64,000 nt of DNA from Chitinophagales bacterium (lineage in GTDB: Bacteria > Bacteroidota > Bacteroidia > Chitinophagales > UBA10324). Shown here one piece after another: positions 27,401 to 36,131 of this stretch. Position 1 is the stretch's first letter. Each line of letters opens with the position of its first letter. Both the position numbers and the translations under genes were made by a program. The DNA is taken from the NCBI GenBank assembly GCA_038326325.1, contig JBBQJW010000010.1, positions 65,187-129,186 of the forward strand. The letters are read 5' to 3'. The notes under the pieces were generated by a model. The model ran no database searches. It saw only the letters and a program-made list of their open reading frames with translations, and was not told the DNA's origin.

Positions 27401-29349
27401 CATTCATATGTTGTTGGGGTGTTAAAGGTTGCTGCTGAAAACTGAATACAATTATTCGGACACAAATAATTCATATTCGCGTTCATAGATTGAATATAAG
27501 GAGGTAAATTATTTACTGTATAGGTAATCGTAATCGGGCAAACACTTCCAGGGTTTACTATTACAGAATAAACTCCATCAATTAATGGTACCCATGTTGA
27601 ATCTGTGGCTCCTGAGATGGCAACGCCTGATAAATACCATTGAAACGCGACCGATGTAACACCTGTGTTACACACTAAAACTCCGCCTGAATATGACAGA
27701 ACGGGATTGACATTTTGCAACACATGAATGTAGTTTGGAAGATAAAGTGTATCAGCTCCCAAAGAATTACTAGCAATAACCTGAACATCAAAATATCCTG
27801 ATGTGTTATAACATACCTGAGGATTATAACCAATCGCAGTTGAAGGATTACCTCCAGGAAAACTCCATTGCACTGTTCCAACAGGATATAACGATCCTGT
27901 ATAAGCAAAATTAGCACAGGTTCCAACGCAAACATTTTGATTTACAACAGATAAGTTTGCTTCTGGTGGAGCTGCCGCTGCAAGGCAAATCATAAAATAA
28001 TCATTGCTGCCTTGTGTGTTTTGTGTTTTATCACCGCCAATTCCTGCTGTGGATGAGTTGCCCATTATGAATGATCCGTTTGATAATTCACAAACCAGGC
28101 TAACCTCAGCATGAGAATTTTCCAAAACAGTTCTATCCCAGATAATATTCTGTAGTGTATCAAGACGGAGCACCCAAGTACTTTCGTATCCTAAATTATT
28201 TTGAGTTTTGTCAAAACTTGCATTTGAATAAGAAGTGCATGATATCAAAATATTATTTTCATTATCTATGAACATATCTGACAGATCATCATCCAATGCA
28301 TTCCCCCCGATTTCTTTTTGATAAACCTGATTTCCGTTTTGATCCAATAAAATAAACCAATAATCAGATCCACCTCCTCCGGGATATTGAGCTGTGGTTT
28401 TATTACCACCTACATCAGATTTAGACAAACTGCAAACGGCGATATGTTGCCCGACAGATTTGACTGCAACAATGTTTTTAAAATTATAATCGAATACAAA
28501 CTGAATACCTTCCACTCCTGTGCCTCCAAATCTTTTTTGCCATATAATATTTCCTGTTTCGCTAATTTTAACAACCAAATAATCAAGATTGCCATACGAA
28601 GCAGAAGTAATATTTCCTGATATTCCACTGAGTACAGCTGCACCGATAACTAAGTTTCCATCAGGCAATAAATCAATATATCGTCCATAATCTTCACCTG
28701 ATCCTCCAATAGCATAATCACCTAAAAGGTTTCCCGAAGTATCCGTTTTTACAATCCATATATCATCGTTTCCAAAAGAAGGGGTAGTTTTATTTCCATT
28801 CGCCGTTGAATTACTTGACCCAACAAAAAAAATATGATGTTGCAAACTTTCAATTGCCTTCATCACATAATCATTAGAGGTTCCTCCAAAATCTTTATCC
28901 CATATTTTTATACCATTCTGATCTATTTCAACAATCCATAAATCAGTATTTCCAAAAGTATTTTGTGTTTTATCTCCGGAAGCAGGAGAGGTTGAATGAC
29001 CTGATAAAATCACTTTCCCATTATCCAACAAAATCATATCGAACATGTAATCGTTCGAACTGCCTCCAAAAGTTTTGTCCCATATTTTATTTCCACTGGG
29101 ATCAATCTTCACTACCCAATAATCAAATCCCCCCTTAGAGTTTTGAGTTTTATCACCTCCAATATTTGAACTACTACTTCCTCCTGCAAGAAAATTACCA
29201 TCCGGCAACGGAAGCAAACATGTTTGATAATCATAGCTAAGGCCTCCAAATCTTTTATCCCAGATTTTTGGCGGGGCTAAACTTTGCCCGAGCAAATCAG
29301 CCGAAACAAATAGCAAAGTAACCAAAAGTGTTACACTTAATGTTTTCAT
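24472..29349 (-). CDS. Giant (1625 aa) T9SS-secreted adhesin-like protein: about 7 SBBP/beta-propeller-like repeats, 7 tandem PKD + Ig-like units, and a divergent T9SS C-terminal domain
   Basis: It has a signal peptide. The N-terminal repeats read W(D/Q)K.FGG...D...... DG...GDKT....G..D.W..K.D..GN. Seven copies of W.(F/W).F.GG.P..S (PKD) are each followed by YQWY.NG..I.GAT...Y (Ig-like). The last ~80 aa are beta-rich, as in T9SS CTDs. Confidence 0.9.
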   Translation of the reverse strand: MKTLSVTLLVTLLFVSADLLGQSLAPPKIWDKRFGGLSYDYQTCLLPLPDGNFLAGGSSSSNIGGDKTQNSKGGFDYWVVKIDPSGNKIWDKTFGGSSNDYMFDMILLDNGKVILSGHSTSPASGDKTQNTFGNTDLWIVEIDQNGIKIWDKDFGGTSNDYVMKAIESLQHHIFFVGSSNSTANGNKTTPSFGNDDIWIVKTDTSGNLLGDYAIGGSGEDYGRYIDLLPDGNLVIGAAVLSGISGNITSASYGNLDYLVVKISETGNIIWQKRFGGTGVEGIQFVFDYNFKNIVAVKSVGQHIAVCSLSKSDVGGNKTTAQYPGGGGSDYWFILLDQNGNQVYQKEIGGNALDDDLSDMFIDNENNILISCTSYSNASFDKTQNNLGYESTWVLRLDTLQNIIWDRTVLENSHAEVSLVCELSNGSFIMGNSSTAGIGGDKTQNTQGSNDYFMICLAAAAPPEANLSVVNQNVCVGTCANFAYTGSLYPVGTVQWSFPGGNPSTAIGYNPQVCYNTSGYFDVQVIASNSLGADTLYLPNYIHVLQNVNPVLSYSGGVLVCNTGVTSVAFQWYLSGVAISGATDSTWVPLIDGVYSVIVNPGSVCPITITYTVNNLPPYIQSMNANMNYLCPNNCIQFSAATFNTPTTYEWIFQGGSPPTSSLVSPSNICYPNAGTFDVTLIVHNIYGYDTLYYPGYIHVLNLSPIIINQNDTLICNTVGASYQWYINNNPIAGATNQSYVPTQPGNYLVMVTSYIGCAAFSNIVVMASPVASFILGNNTICEGECIPFVNSSTNTPNTFQWTFNGGNPASSTSSSPTICFDSSGTFDVQMIVSNQFGADTFNCTSCVTVMPQPVTPVIVQNGTVLTSSVTATYYQWYLNGVQIGGANNQSYTATQNGYYSVEIIGVNGCSATSPSLIFTINTLPTALFTSNQIKICQAFCITYSDQTLNNPTSWEWSFPGGVPSSSTLQNPFICYLIPGVYDVTLISHNSFGSDTVTVSGYITVFGIPPANITYQNDTLFAPVGSYTYQWDLNGSAIAGATNSFYVPTVSGNYNVTVYTSFGCHNTSLAPYAYSPAPLSSFISGNPNICVNNCLYFSSTSSNSPTSIQWYFPGGTPSSSTLSNPIICYYSTDTFSVELITSNLSGSDTLYQNNFVIVNPSPVVTISLTGGTITSTVTNGGGPFTYQWHENGSTIIGGNNSTYVPTSGGVYNVVVSNSSGCTGISNDISVTVNSPPQINLMSSDSNICAGTCINFTDLSVNFPTSWFWTIGGGNPGTTTQQNPIICFTQPGDFDVTLIASNVFGSDTFYFPQMIHVLIATPPTITQSGDTLFALGTGIIAYQWYGGSGSISGATNNYFVPDSSGIYNVNANYQTGCNAFNLLSYKFFDIPVPHIASSDTIICQNDCIDFFDQSSNLPYSWQWSFTGATTPSSILQNPTGICFPNVGIYSVSLSVSNFSGTGTTVFNSFVQVLANPAPIISYSGGNLVCNYPNGSGYTFEWYLNGIFIASAGTYTLTPVGNGDYTVVVISSDGCRGTSVPYIITGEEKIDPVQIKIFIRNDKLIIDGCGLVDHLLLFNTIGQKLDEIIPEGKTSCSIPLIDYNADCVVVEIYTIDNQLFHQLIVNPK
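24669..27954 (-). repeat. Seven tandem ~155-aa PKD-like + Ig-like di-domain units inside the 1625-aa CDS (approximate bounds)
   Basis: I counted the recurring protein motifs (7x W.F.GG.P and 7x YQWY.NG) in the translated ORF. Boundaries were estimated from amino-acid positions ~465-1560. Confidence 0.6.
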
Positions 29350-29451
29350 ACAGAAACATTTTTCCGAAAGTTAATGAATATGTTTATCAAATTAGAACCT
29401 GTTTAAAATTAAATCCAATTTCTTTGTTTAACTTGTATCTACAATTGCTGA

Positions 29452-29690
29452 ATTTGGAATGCTTTTGCCATAATCAAAGTTTATGCATACAACTGTGTTA
29501 GTCAGCGAGTGGCTGACGCGATTCTTCAATTGCAGAAAAAATATCTGAGTGACCCTAAAGAAAAATTTTCAATTTTGTTTTCACACAACGATCTTGCTGA
29601 TATGGTCGGGACTGTTTTAAAAGTAGTATTTTAAAAATCACAGAAGTTCTTTGCAACGGGAAAACGCCATTCAAAATTCACAAATGAAAA
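29452..29690 (+). pseudogene. Remnant of a Crp/Fnr-family regulator (C-terminal HTH part only, disrupted)
   Basis: Translation from 29452 gives ...VSQRVADAILQLQKKYLSDPKEKFSILFSHNDLADMVGTVLKVVF*. This fits the Crp C-terminal pattern (..R.A..LL.L........ L.(L/F)S..DLA...GT.RE.V.R) up to a premature stop. A shifted frame continues SSILKITEVLCNGKTPFKIHK. No cNMP-binding N-terminal half is present upstream. Confidence 0.45.
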
Positions 29691-29975
29691 TCAATATGAT
29701 GGTTATCAATTTGGGGACATCTTCCATTTTAATTTTCACGAAAATTTGAACATTGTCAATTTTTAATTAAAGGTCACTTATCAATTTTATATCTTCAAAA
29801 AGGTTCGATAAATTGCCCATCACCCCGACAAAAATCCGAAACAAGTTTTGATTCGAATTTTTTATTTCATGACTTCATGTTAAATATTACAATCGCTGTC
29901 AAGTTGCTTCATTCATATATCTTTTTACTTTAGTGCTGTTTTAATTTTAAAACTCCAAAAACAAAAATTAAAAAC

Positions 29976-30389
29976 ATGAAAAAAAATTTAATTGGAGGTG
30001 TCGCCGACTTGGTTGTCTTCTTCTTACTTGAATGATTGCTTTATGGCTTATTATTTAAATACTTAATGGCTACTTATAGCGGAACCGTAAATTGTGTAGA
30101 AAAATCAGATGACGAAATGAGTCTTGGCGCTTTATTTATTAGAAAATATTATTAGGATTTTTACTCTCTATAATATTTAGTTGGTCAAAACAATGATGGT
30201 CTAATTTCTGAAAATTTTATAGGGGCTGTTGTTGGAATTTTAACTTGGGGACAGATTTAATTATGCACGGAACTTCAAACCTCATTAGTTTGAATGGAGC
30301 TATTTTTGATATTGGAATTTGACCCTTGCATTTTACACTTGGAGGAGGTGTAACTGATTGTGTTATTGGAATGATTAAAGAATAATTAA
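29976..30389 (+). pseudogene. Decayed small hydrophobic-protein gene with multiple in-frame stops and at least one probable frameshift
   Basis: One frame reads MKKNLIGGVADLVVFFLLE*LLYGLLFKYLMATYSGT...GAVVGILTWGQI*... with 7 internal stops (3 TGA, 1 TAG, 3 TAA). The 3' end reads better in another frame (TLGGGVTDCVIGMIKE*). Confidence 0.45.
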
Positions 30390-30513
30390 AACTTCTTTAA
30401 ATTTTTTTAAAAGAGTCTGATGAAATTCATCGAACTTTTTTATTTTAAAAAAACTTATTTGAATAATATTACAATTATTCTTTCAAAGTACATCAATTTT
30501 ATATTTACCAGCA

Positions 30514-32583
30514 GTGAATAAAATTCCTTCCATAAAAAAGAAACCTGGGTACTTGTATTATTTTTTGAGCCATAGACTGTTACAGGCACTTGTATTATTT
30601 TTTTTAGCCATTGGAATTTATTCAAACACTTTCAATCATGAATATGTGTATGACGACATTATTGTCATTCAGCAAAATTCTGTAGTGCAAAAAGGTATTG
30701 GTGGCATACCTGATTTGCTTACTAAGGATAGTTTTTATGGTTACAATCAGGGGCATAGTGATTTAACCGGAGGAAGATATCGCCCACTTTCGTTAATCAC
30801 TTTTGCAATAGAGCATGAGTTACTTGGCAACAATGCTCCTTTCGAACATATCGCAAGTGTTTTGTTATATGCTTTGTGCTGCGTGATTTTACTTTTTACA
30901 CTTTATAAATTATTCCCAAATCTTTCACCGCTTATTCTATTTGGTGGAGCTTTATTATTCACTGTTCATCCGGCGCATACCGAAGTTGTTGCGAACATAA
31001 AAAGCCGCGACGAAATTCTTTGCCTTCTTTTTTCATTTCTTACATTTTTTTTCTGGATGAATTTATTGAAGGAGAAAAAAGTGTTACATCTGATTTTCGG
31101 ATTAATGACCTTTGCACTCGCATTGCTTTCAAAAGAACAGGCAATACTGCTGATTATCTGGATGCCACTTGCATGGTGGTTGAATAATGAAACTTCATTT
31201 AAGAAAATTTTAACTTCTCTTTTTCCATTTATCGTTGTTGGTTGTTTGTATTTATTTATTCGTTCATCGGTTGCCGGTTCTGTTGGCGATAAAGTTTCAA
31301 CCGACATCATGAACAATCCCTATTTTCTTGCATCAACCTCTGAAAAATTTGCAACAATTTCAGGAGTACTGTTGACTTATTTCATAAAAACTTTTTATCC
31401 ATATAAACTCTCTTACGATTACACATATAATGCAATTCTCTATTTGAATTTTTCAAATCCTGAAGTATGGATTTCAATAATTTTATTTTCTGCAATGATT
31501 GCCTGGATAGTTTTTTCGATTATCAAAAAACAATATCATTCACTTTTACTACTCGTTTGGTTATTGCCCATTCTATTAGTGTCGAATTTATTTTTCAATG
31601 TCGGTGCTCCAATGGCAGACCGTTTTTTATTTATGCCCTCTGTCGGAATCTGTGTTATGATAGTTGGTACTTTATCTATGTTTTATAAAATTGAAAAAAA
31701 AGAGTCAAATCGACAACGAACTATTTTTATCGCTGTTCTAATTATTTCAGTTTTCTATTCTTATAAGACTTTCGAACGGAATTTCGATTGGAAAAGCAAT
31801 CACTCAATCTTTGCTTCTGATGAACCTAAAGTTCCAAACAGTGTAAAAGCAACTTTAAATTATGGTTCGATATTGATGAGCGAAGCTGATGTAGAAACAG
31901 ATTTGAACATCAAAAATGAAAAACTTGAAACTGCATTTTATTTATTCAAACGCGGAATTTCAATTTATGCAACAGCAGATTTACTGAATCATCTCGGGTC
32001 TTATTACTCAATAAAAAATCAACTCGACAGTTCCGAATTTTATTATCGAAAATCGCTTGAAGTAAAAAACGATTTCATTATGGCAAAGAATAATCTGCTT
32101 GGCATTCTTCAAAAGAAAGGCGGACAACTTCACGCAGAAAAAAAAGAAGATTCAGCATTAATAGTTTTCCGAATGCAATTAACTCTTGATTCAACTTATG
32201 CTGATGCTTTCAACAATATAGGTACAGTTTATTTTGCTCTTCAGAATTTTGATTCGGCTAAATATTACTTCAACAAAACACTTTCAATTCAGCCTGCTCA
32301 TCAGTTGGCAATTGGAAATCTTGCTAATACTTATTTGAATGAAGGAAATAATTATTTCGCTCATTCAAATTTCGATAAAGCATTAAATAATTATTTATCT
32401 GCTCTGAAATTTAAACCTGACTATGTTGAAGCATATGCAAATGCCGGAGTAATTTACATGCAGCAGAAAAATTTTTTAGAAGCTAAAAAGCAGTTTGAAC
32501 TTGCATTGCAATACAATCCTCAACATGAGTTCTCAAGAATTCGATTGGCCGAATGCGAATCCGTTCTAAAGGCGGGGAAATAA
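30514..32583 (+). CDS. TMTC/PMT_2-like polytopic membrane protein with C-terminal TPR repeats (putative protein O-mannosyl/glycosyl-transferase-like)
   Basis: It uses a GTG start. The N-terminal motif F.YDD is present (EYVYDDIIVIQQN), followed by ~10 TM helices and then several TPR units (AFNNIGTVYFALQNFDSAKYYFNKTLSIQP, AYANAGVIYMQQKNFLEAKKQFELALQYNP). Confidence 0.75.
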   Translation: MNKIPSIKKKPGYLYYFLSHRLLQALVLFFLAIGIYSNTFNHEYVYDDIIVIQQNSVVQKGIGGIPDLLTKDSFYGYNQGHSDLTGGRYRPLSLITFAIEHELLGNNAPFEHIASVLLYALCCVILLFTLYKLFPNLSPLILFGGALLFTVHPAHTEVVANIKSRDEILCLLFSFLTFFFWMNLLKEKKVLHLIFGLMTFALALLSKEQAILLIIWMPLAWWLNNETSFKKILTSLFPFIVVGCLYLFIRSSVAGSVGDKVSTDIMNNPYFLASTSEKFATISGVLLTYFIKTFYPYKLSYDYTYNAILYLNFSNPEVWISIILFSAMIAWIVFSIIKKQYHSLLLLVWLLPILLVSNLFFNVGAPMADRFLFMPSVGICVMIVGTLSMFYKIEKKESNRQRTIFIAVLIISVFYSYKTFERNFDWKSNHSIFASDEPKVPNSVKATLNYGSILMSEADVETDLNIKNEKLETAFYLFKRGISIYATADLLNHLGSYYSIKNQLDSSEFYYRKSLEVKNDFIMAKNNLLGILQKKGGQLHAEKKEDSALIVFRMQLTLDSTYADAFNNIGTVYFALQNFDSAKYYFNKTLSIQPAHQLAIGNLANTYLNEGNNYFAHSNFDKALNNYLSALKFKPDYVEAYANAGVIYMQQKNFLEAKKQFELALQYNPQHEFSRIRLAECESVLKAGK

Positions 32584-32612
32584 TTTATCCTCATTTCAGA
32601 TTTTATCAATGT

Positions 32613-32629
32613 GCGAAAAATCTTTTCGC
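32613..32629 (+). terminator. Possible hairpin terminator or attenuator between the TPR membrane protein gene and the aldehyde dehydrogenase gene
   Basis: Perfect 7-bp stem GCGAAAA-atc-TTTTCGC. There is no strong downstream T-run, so confidence is low. Confidence 0.3.
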
Positions 32630-32656
32630 CTAAATTTGGCGCCTCAATAAAAAATC

Positions 32657-34228
32657 ATGATTGACGCTCCTGCAAAACAGAAAACAAAATCGAAACCTTC
32701 TCACGCTTTTCTCAAAGCATTAAAATTAAAACAACTCAGTTCGGGCGCAAGTACCGGGGTTGATTGGCTGAAGACAAACGGCGAAGTGTTACACTCCTAT
32801 TCTCCCGTTGATTCTCATTTGATTGGTTCAGTAAAACAAGCCACCAAGGCAGACCTTGATAAAATTTTAACTATTGCCGAAAATGCTTTCAAAAAATGGC
32901 GATTGATTCCTGCACCGAAGCGCGGTGAAATTGTTCGACAGATGGGAAATGAATTGCGCAAGTACAAAGAGCCACTTGGTCAATTGGTTTCTTATGAGAT
33001 GGGAAAAAGTTTACAGGAAGGTTTGGGTGAAGTGCAGGAAATGATTGACATCTGCGATTTCGCTGTTGGTCTTTCGCGCCAGTTATATGGATTGAGTATG
33101 CACAGCGAGCGACCGAATCATCGAATGTACGAGCAATATCATCCACTTGGAATAGTTGGAGTTGTATCTGCATTTAATTTTCCTGTTGCAGTGTGGAGTT
33201 GGAACGCAATGCTTGCATTAGTATGTGGTGATGTCGTGTTGTGGAAACCTTCTTCAAAAACTCCAATTTGTGCTGTTGCAGTTCATCAATTAATGGAAAG
33301 TGTTTTGCGCGAAAACAAAATTCCTGAAGGAGTTCTTTCATTGATTATCGGAAGCGGAAAAGAAGTGGGTGACGATATTTTAAAAGACGCGCGTCTGCCA
33401 TTGTTAAGTGTAACAGGTTCAACACGAGTTGGGCGACATGTTGCAAAAGTTGTTGGCGAGCGTTTCGGAAAAACAATTCTCGAACTCGGCGGCAACAACG
33501 CAATTATTATTTCTGAAAATGCAAATCTTGATATAGCCATTCGTGCCGTAGCATTTGGCGCAGTTGGTACTGCCGGTCAACGATGTACTTCTACTCGCCG
33601 ATTAATTATTCACGAAAAGAATTACAACAAGGTGAAAGAAAAGTTGATGAAAGTTTATTCTCAACTCACCATCGGCGATCCATTAGATTCAAACAATCAT
33701 GTCGGTCCGCTCATTGATAAAGATGCAGTGCGACAATTTTCAGAAGCAATTCAAATAGCACAGGCGCAGGGAGGCAAAGTAATTTTCGGCGGCGAGGTGA
33801 TGAAGGGAAAAGGATATGAAAGCGGTTGCTATGTAAAACCTTGCATGATTGAAGTGAAAGGAAATTTACAGATAGTGAAAGAAGAAACCTTCGCTCCTAT
33901 TCTATATCTGATGAAGTATAAAAATTTAGACGAGGCGATACTGTTACAGAACGATGTTCCGCAGGGATTATCATCAGCCATTTTCACTGAAAATATTCTG
34001 GAAGCGGAAAAATATTTGTCAACTGCCGGAAGCGATTGCGGAATTGCCAATGTAAATATCGGAACTAGCGGAGCTGAAATCGGTGGCGCATTCGGTGGTG
34101 AAAAAGAAACAGGAGGCGGCAGAGAAAGCGGGAGCGACAGTTGGAAACTCTACATGCGCCGTCAGACTAACACAATCAACTACGGAAGCACTTTACCTCT
34201 TGCGCAGGGAATTAAGTTTGATGTTTAA
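32657..34228 (+). CDS. Aldehyde dehydrogenase family 7 (alpha-aminoadipic semialdehyde / piperideine-6-carboxylate dehydrogenase-like)
   Basis: ALDH catalytic motifs ELGGNNA and GTAGQRCTSTRR are present. The N-terminal region P.KRGEIVRQ.G..LR..K..LG.LVS.EMGK...EG.GEVQE.ID.CDFAVGLSR is characteristic of ALDH7/antiquitin-type enzymes. Confidence 0.88.
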   Translation: MIDAPAKQKTKSKPSHAFLKALKLKQLSSGASTGVDWLKTNGEVLHSYSPVDSHLIGSVKQATKADLDKILTIAENAFKKWRLIPAPKRGEIVRQMGNELRKYKEPLGQLVSYEMGKSLQEGLGEVQEMIDICDFAVGLSRQLYGLSMHSERPNHRMYEQYHPLGIVGVVSAFNFPVAVWSWNAMLALVCGDVVLWKPSSKTPICAVAVHQLMESVLRENKIPEGVLSLIIGSGKEVGDDILKDARLPLLSVTGSTRVGRHVAKVVGERFGKTILELGGNNAIIISENANLDIAIRAVAFGAVGTAGQRCTSTRRLIIHEKNYNKVKEKLMKVYSQLTIGDPLDSNNHVGPLIDKDAVRQFSEAIQIAQAQGGKVIFGGEVMKGKGYESGCYVKPCMIEVKGNLQIVKEETFAPILYLMKYKNLDEAILLQNDVPQGLSSAIFTENILEAEKYLSTAGSDCGIANVNIGTSGAEIGGAFGGEKETGGGRESGSDSWKLYMRRQTNTINYGSTLPLAQGIKFDV

Positions 34229-34473
34229 CAGTGAAAAACACACTTCACACAAATTGGATTTCCGTTTTTGTAAAAGAAAACTAACATCAATAACTAAAAC
34301 GAATAGACTAAGAGAGTAATTTAATACTAGCGTCTGCCTTTAATATCTCTTGATGCATTGATCACCATCAAGTGTCATAAAAAAATAGGACTCCATGGAA
34401 AAGGGATCAGTCTCGATTGTAGGGGGAGAATCAATCTTAAACTTTTTGGTTTTAATTTTCAGTGTCGAACCCT

Positions 34474-34683
34474 TTATTTGTAATCTTCCTTGAATAGTTT
34501 TTGTAAAACACCATCATCATAATGATAAAATGCTGTTCCATCTTCTTTCAACTCCAGATAGGTATGAAATCCTTCCCAAGTTCCTGCGTAAATCGATAAA
34601 CTTCCAGTCAATTCGGTTTTTTTGCATCCGCTTATTCCGATAATACAAACGAAAAGGAAGGAAAATAAAAAATACTTTTTCAT
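34474..34683 (-). CDS. Small lipoprotein, probably truncated by a frameshift (see findings)
   Basis: Lipobox IGISGC. The ORF ends after 69 aa, but a protein-like reading frame continues to 34340 in the +2 frame. Confidence 0.5.
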   Translation of the reverse strand: MKKYFLFSFLFVCIIGISGCKKTELTGSLSIYAGTWEGFHTYLELKEDGTAFYHYDDGVLQKLFKEDYK

Positions 34684-34845
34684 TTAAGTGTTTTTGAATG
34701 CGTAGGATAAAACCTAAGTCAAAATTAATCAAAGATTATCAAGATTTTCTATCATTCAATGTTCAATTATAGCGAGTAAACAAAATCAAATCTAAGTCAA
34801 TAAAAAAACTCCCTGTTACCTCCAGAACTACCTTATTTTCACATC

Positions 34846-36069
34846 ATGAATAAATATTTTCTCTTCTTAGGTTTTCTATTCATAAACCTTTCATCTCGCT
34901 CTCAATCAAAAATAGAAAATGGAGCTTGGTATTGTAATTTACAATTGGCGCCAAATGCCGACTTACCTTTTAAATTAAGTGTAACAGATAGTTCAGGAGT
35001 AAAAAAATTATTTATAATAAATGGAATTGAAAAAATTCAAGTTCGTAGTTATTGGGAGAAAGGAGATTCTGTTTTTATTATTCCTTCTGTATTCCAAACA
35101 GAAATAAAAGCTCAACTCAAACAAACAGATAAAGGCCTGAATTATTTGGAAGGAATGTGGACGGATTATGCGCGTGTCGGAGAATATCAGATTCCATTTA
35201 TTGCGTACTATAGACCAGGTAAAGAATTGTCAGTTGATCATCATAAATCTGATTTCAATGGTAATTGGGAAGTTCAATTTAGTCCAGACACTTCAGATAG
35301 TTCAAGTGCAGTTGGAATATTTAAACAGACTGGTGGTAGTGTTACAGGGACTTTTTTGACTACCACTGGAGATTATCGTTTTCTGTCAGGTAATATTTAT
35401 GACCATGAAATGGTATTATCTGCTTTTGATGGGGCACATGCATTTTTATTTTTAGCTGAAATGCAAAGCGATGGAACACTAAAAGGGAAATTCTGGAGTG
35501 GAAAACACTGGACTGAAGATTGGATTGCAAAACGAAATGAAAATTTTCAATTACCCGATGCATCATCACTCACCTATCTGAAAGATGGATTCAAAACTAT
35601 TTCATTTTCATTTCCTGATGCTGACAGCGCAATTATTTCTATGAGCGATGCGCGATTTAAAAATACTGTTACACTCATTCAAATCACCGGTTCGTGGTGC
35701 CCCAACTGCATGGATGAAACACGAGTACTTGTTCCGCTTTATAATGCGAAACATAACGATGGATTGGAAATAGTTGCTCTAGATTACGAACGAAAAAATG
35801 ACTGGACTTATATTCAGAAATCGTTGCGACACGAAAAAGAAGTATTCAATATTTCTTATCCGGTTATATTTGCTGGGTTGACAACAAATTCTTCTGCTTC
35901 ACTTCCGATGTTGAATAAAATTATGGGCTATCCAACATTAATTATCGTTGATAAAAAAGGAGTGGTCAGAAAAATAATTACAGGAATTGATGGTCCCGCT
36001 ACAGGAGATTTATATGAAAAGTGGAAGGATGATTTGAACAGTTTTGCTCAAAAACTTTTAGAAGAATAA
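34846..36069 (+). CDS. Secreted TlpA/redoxin-family thiol:disulfide oxidoreductase with an N-terminal extra domain
   Basis: It has a signal peptide. A thioredoxin-fold CxxC motif sits in ITGSWCPNCMDE, and the C-terminal GYPTLIIVDKKG is typical of TlpA-like proteins. Confidence 0.8.
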   Translation: MNKYFLFLGFLFINLSSRSQSKIENGAWYCNLQLAPNADLPFKLSVTDSSGVKKLFIINGIEKIQVRSYWEKGDSVFIIPSVFQTEIKAQLKQTDKGLNYLEGMWTDYARVGEYQIPFIAYYRPGKELSVDHHKSDFNGNWEVQFSPDTSDSSSAVGIFKQTGGSVTGTFLTTTGDYRFLSGNIYDHEMVLSAFDGAHAFLFLAEMQSDGTLKGKFWSGKHWTEDWIAKRNENFQLPDASSLTYLKDGFKTISFSFPDADSAIISMSDARFKNTVTLIQITGSWCPNCMDETRVLVPLYNAKHNDGLEIVALDYERKNDWTYIQKSLRHEKEVFNISYPVIFAGLTTNSSASLPMLNKIMGYPTLIIVDKKGVVRKIITGIDGPATGDLYEKWKDDLNSFAQKLLEE

Positions 36070-36131
36070 AATTTAATAATTCACTTCCTCTCAATGAGGA
36101 ATCAAAAATCGAATAGTCTATTTTCGCGCCC

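Noticed and set aside
29976-30389. Possibility that the in-frame TGA codons indicate stop-codon reassignment. The first TGA would give E-W-L-L-Y-G, a plausible sequence.
   Set aside because: The same frame also contains internal TAA and TAG stops and a likely frameshift. All well-supported genes in the window terminate normally and contain no internal stops. Pseudogene decay explains this more simply.
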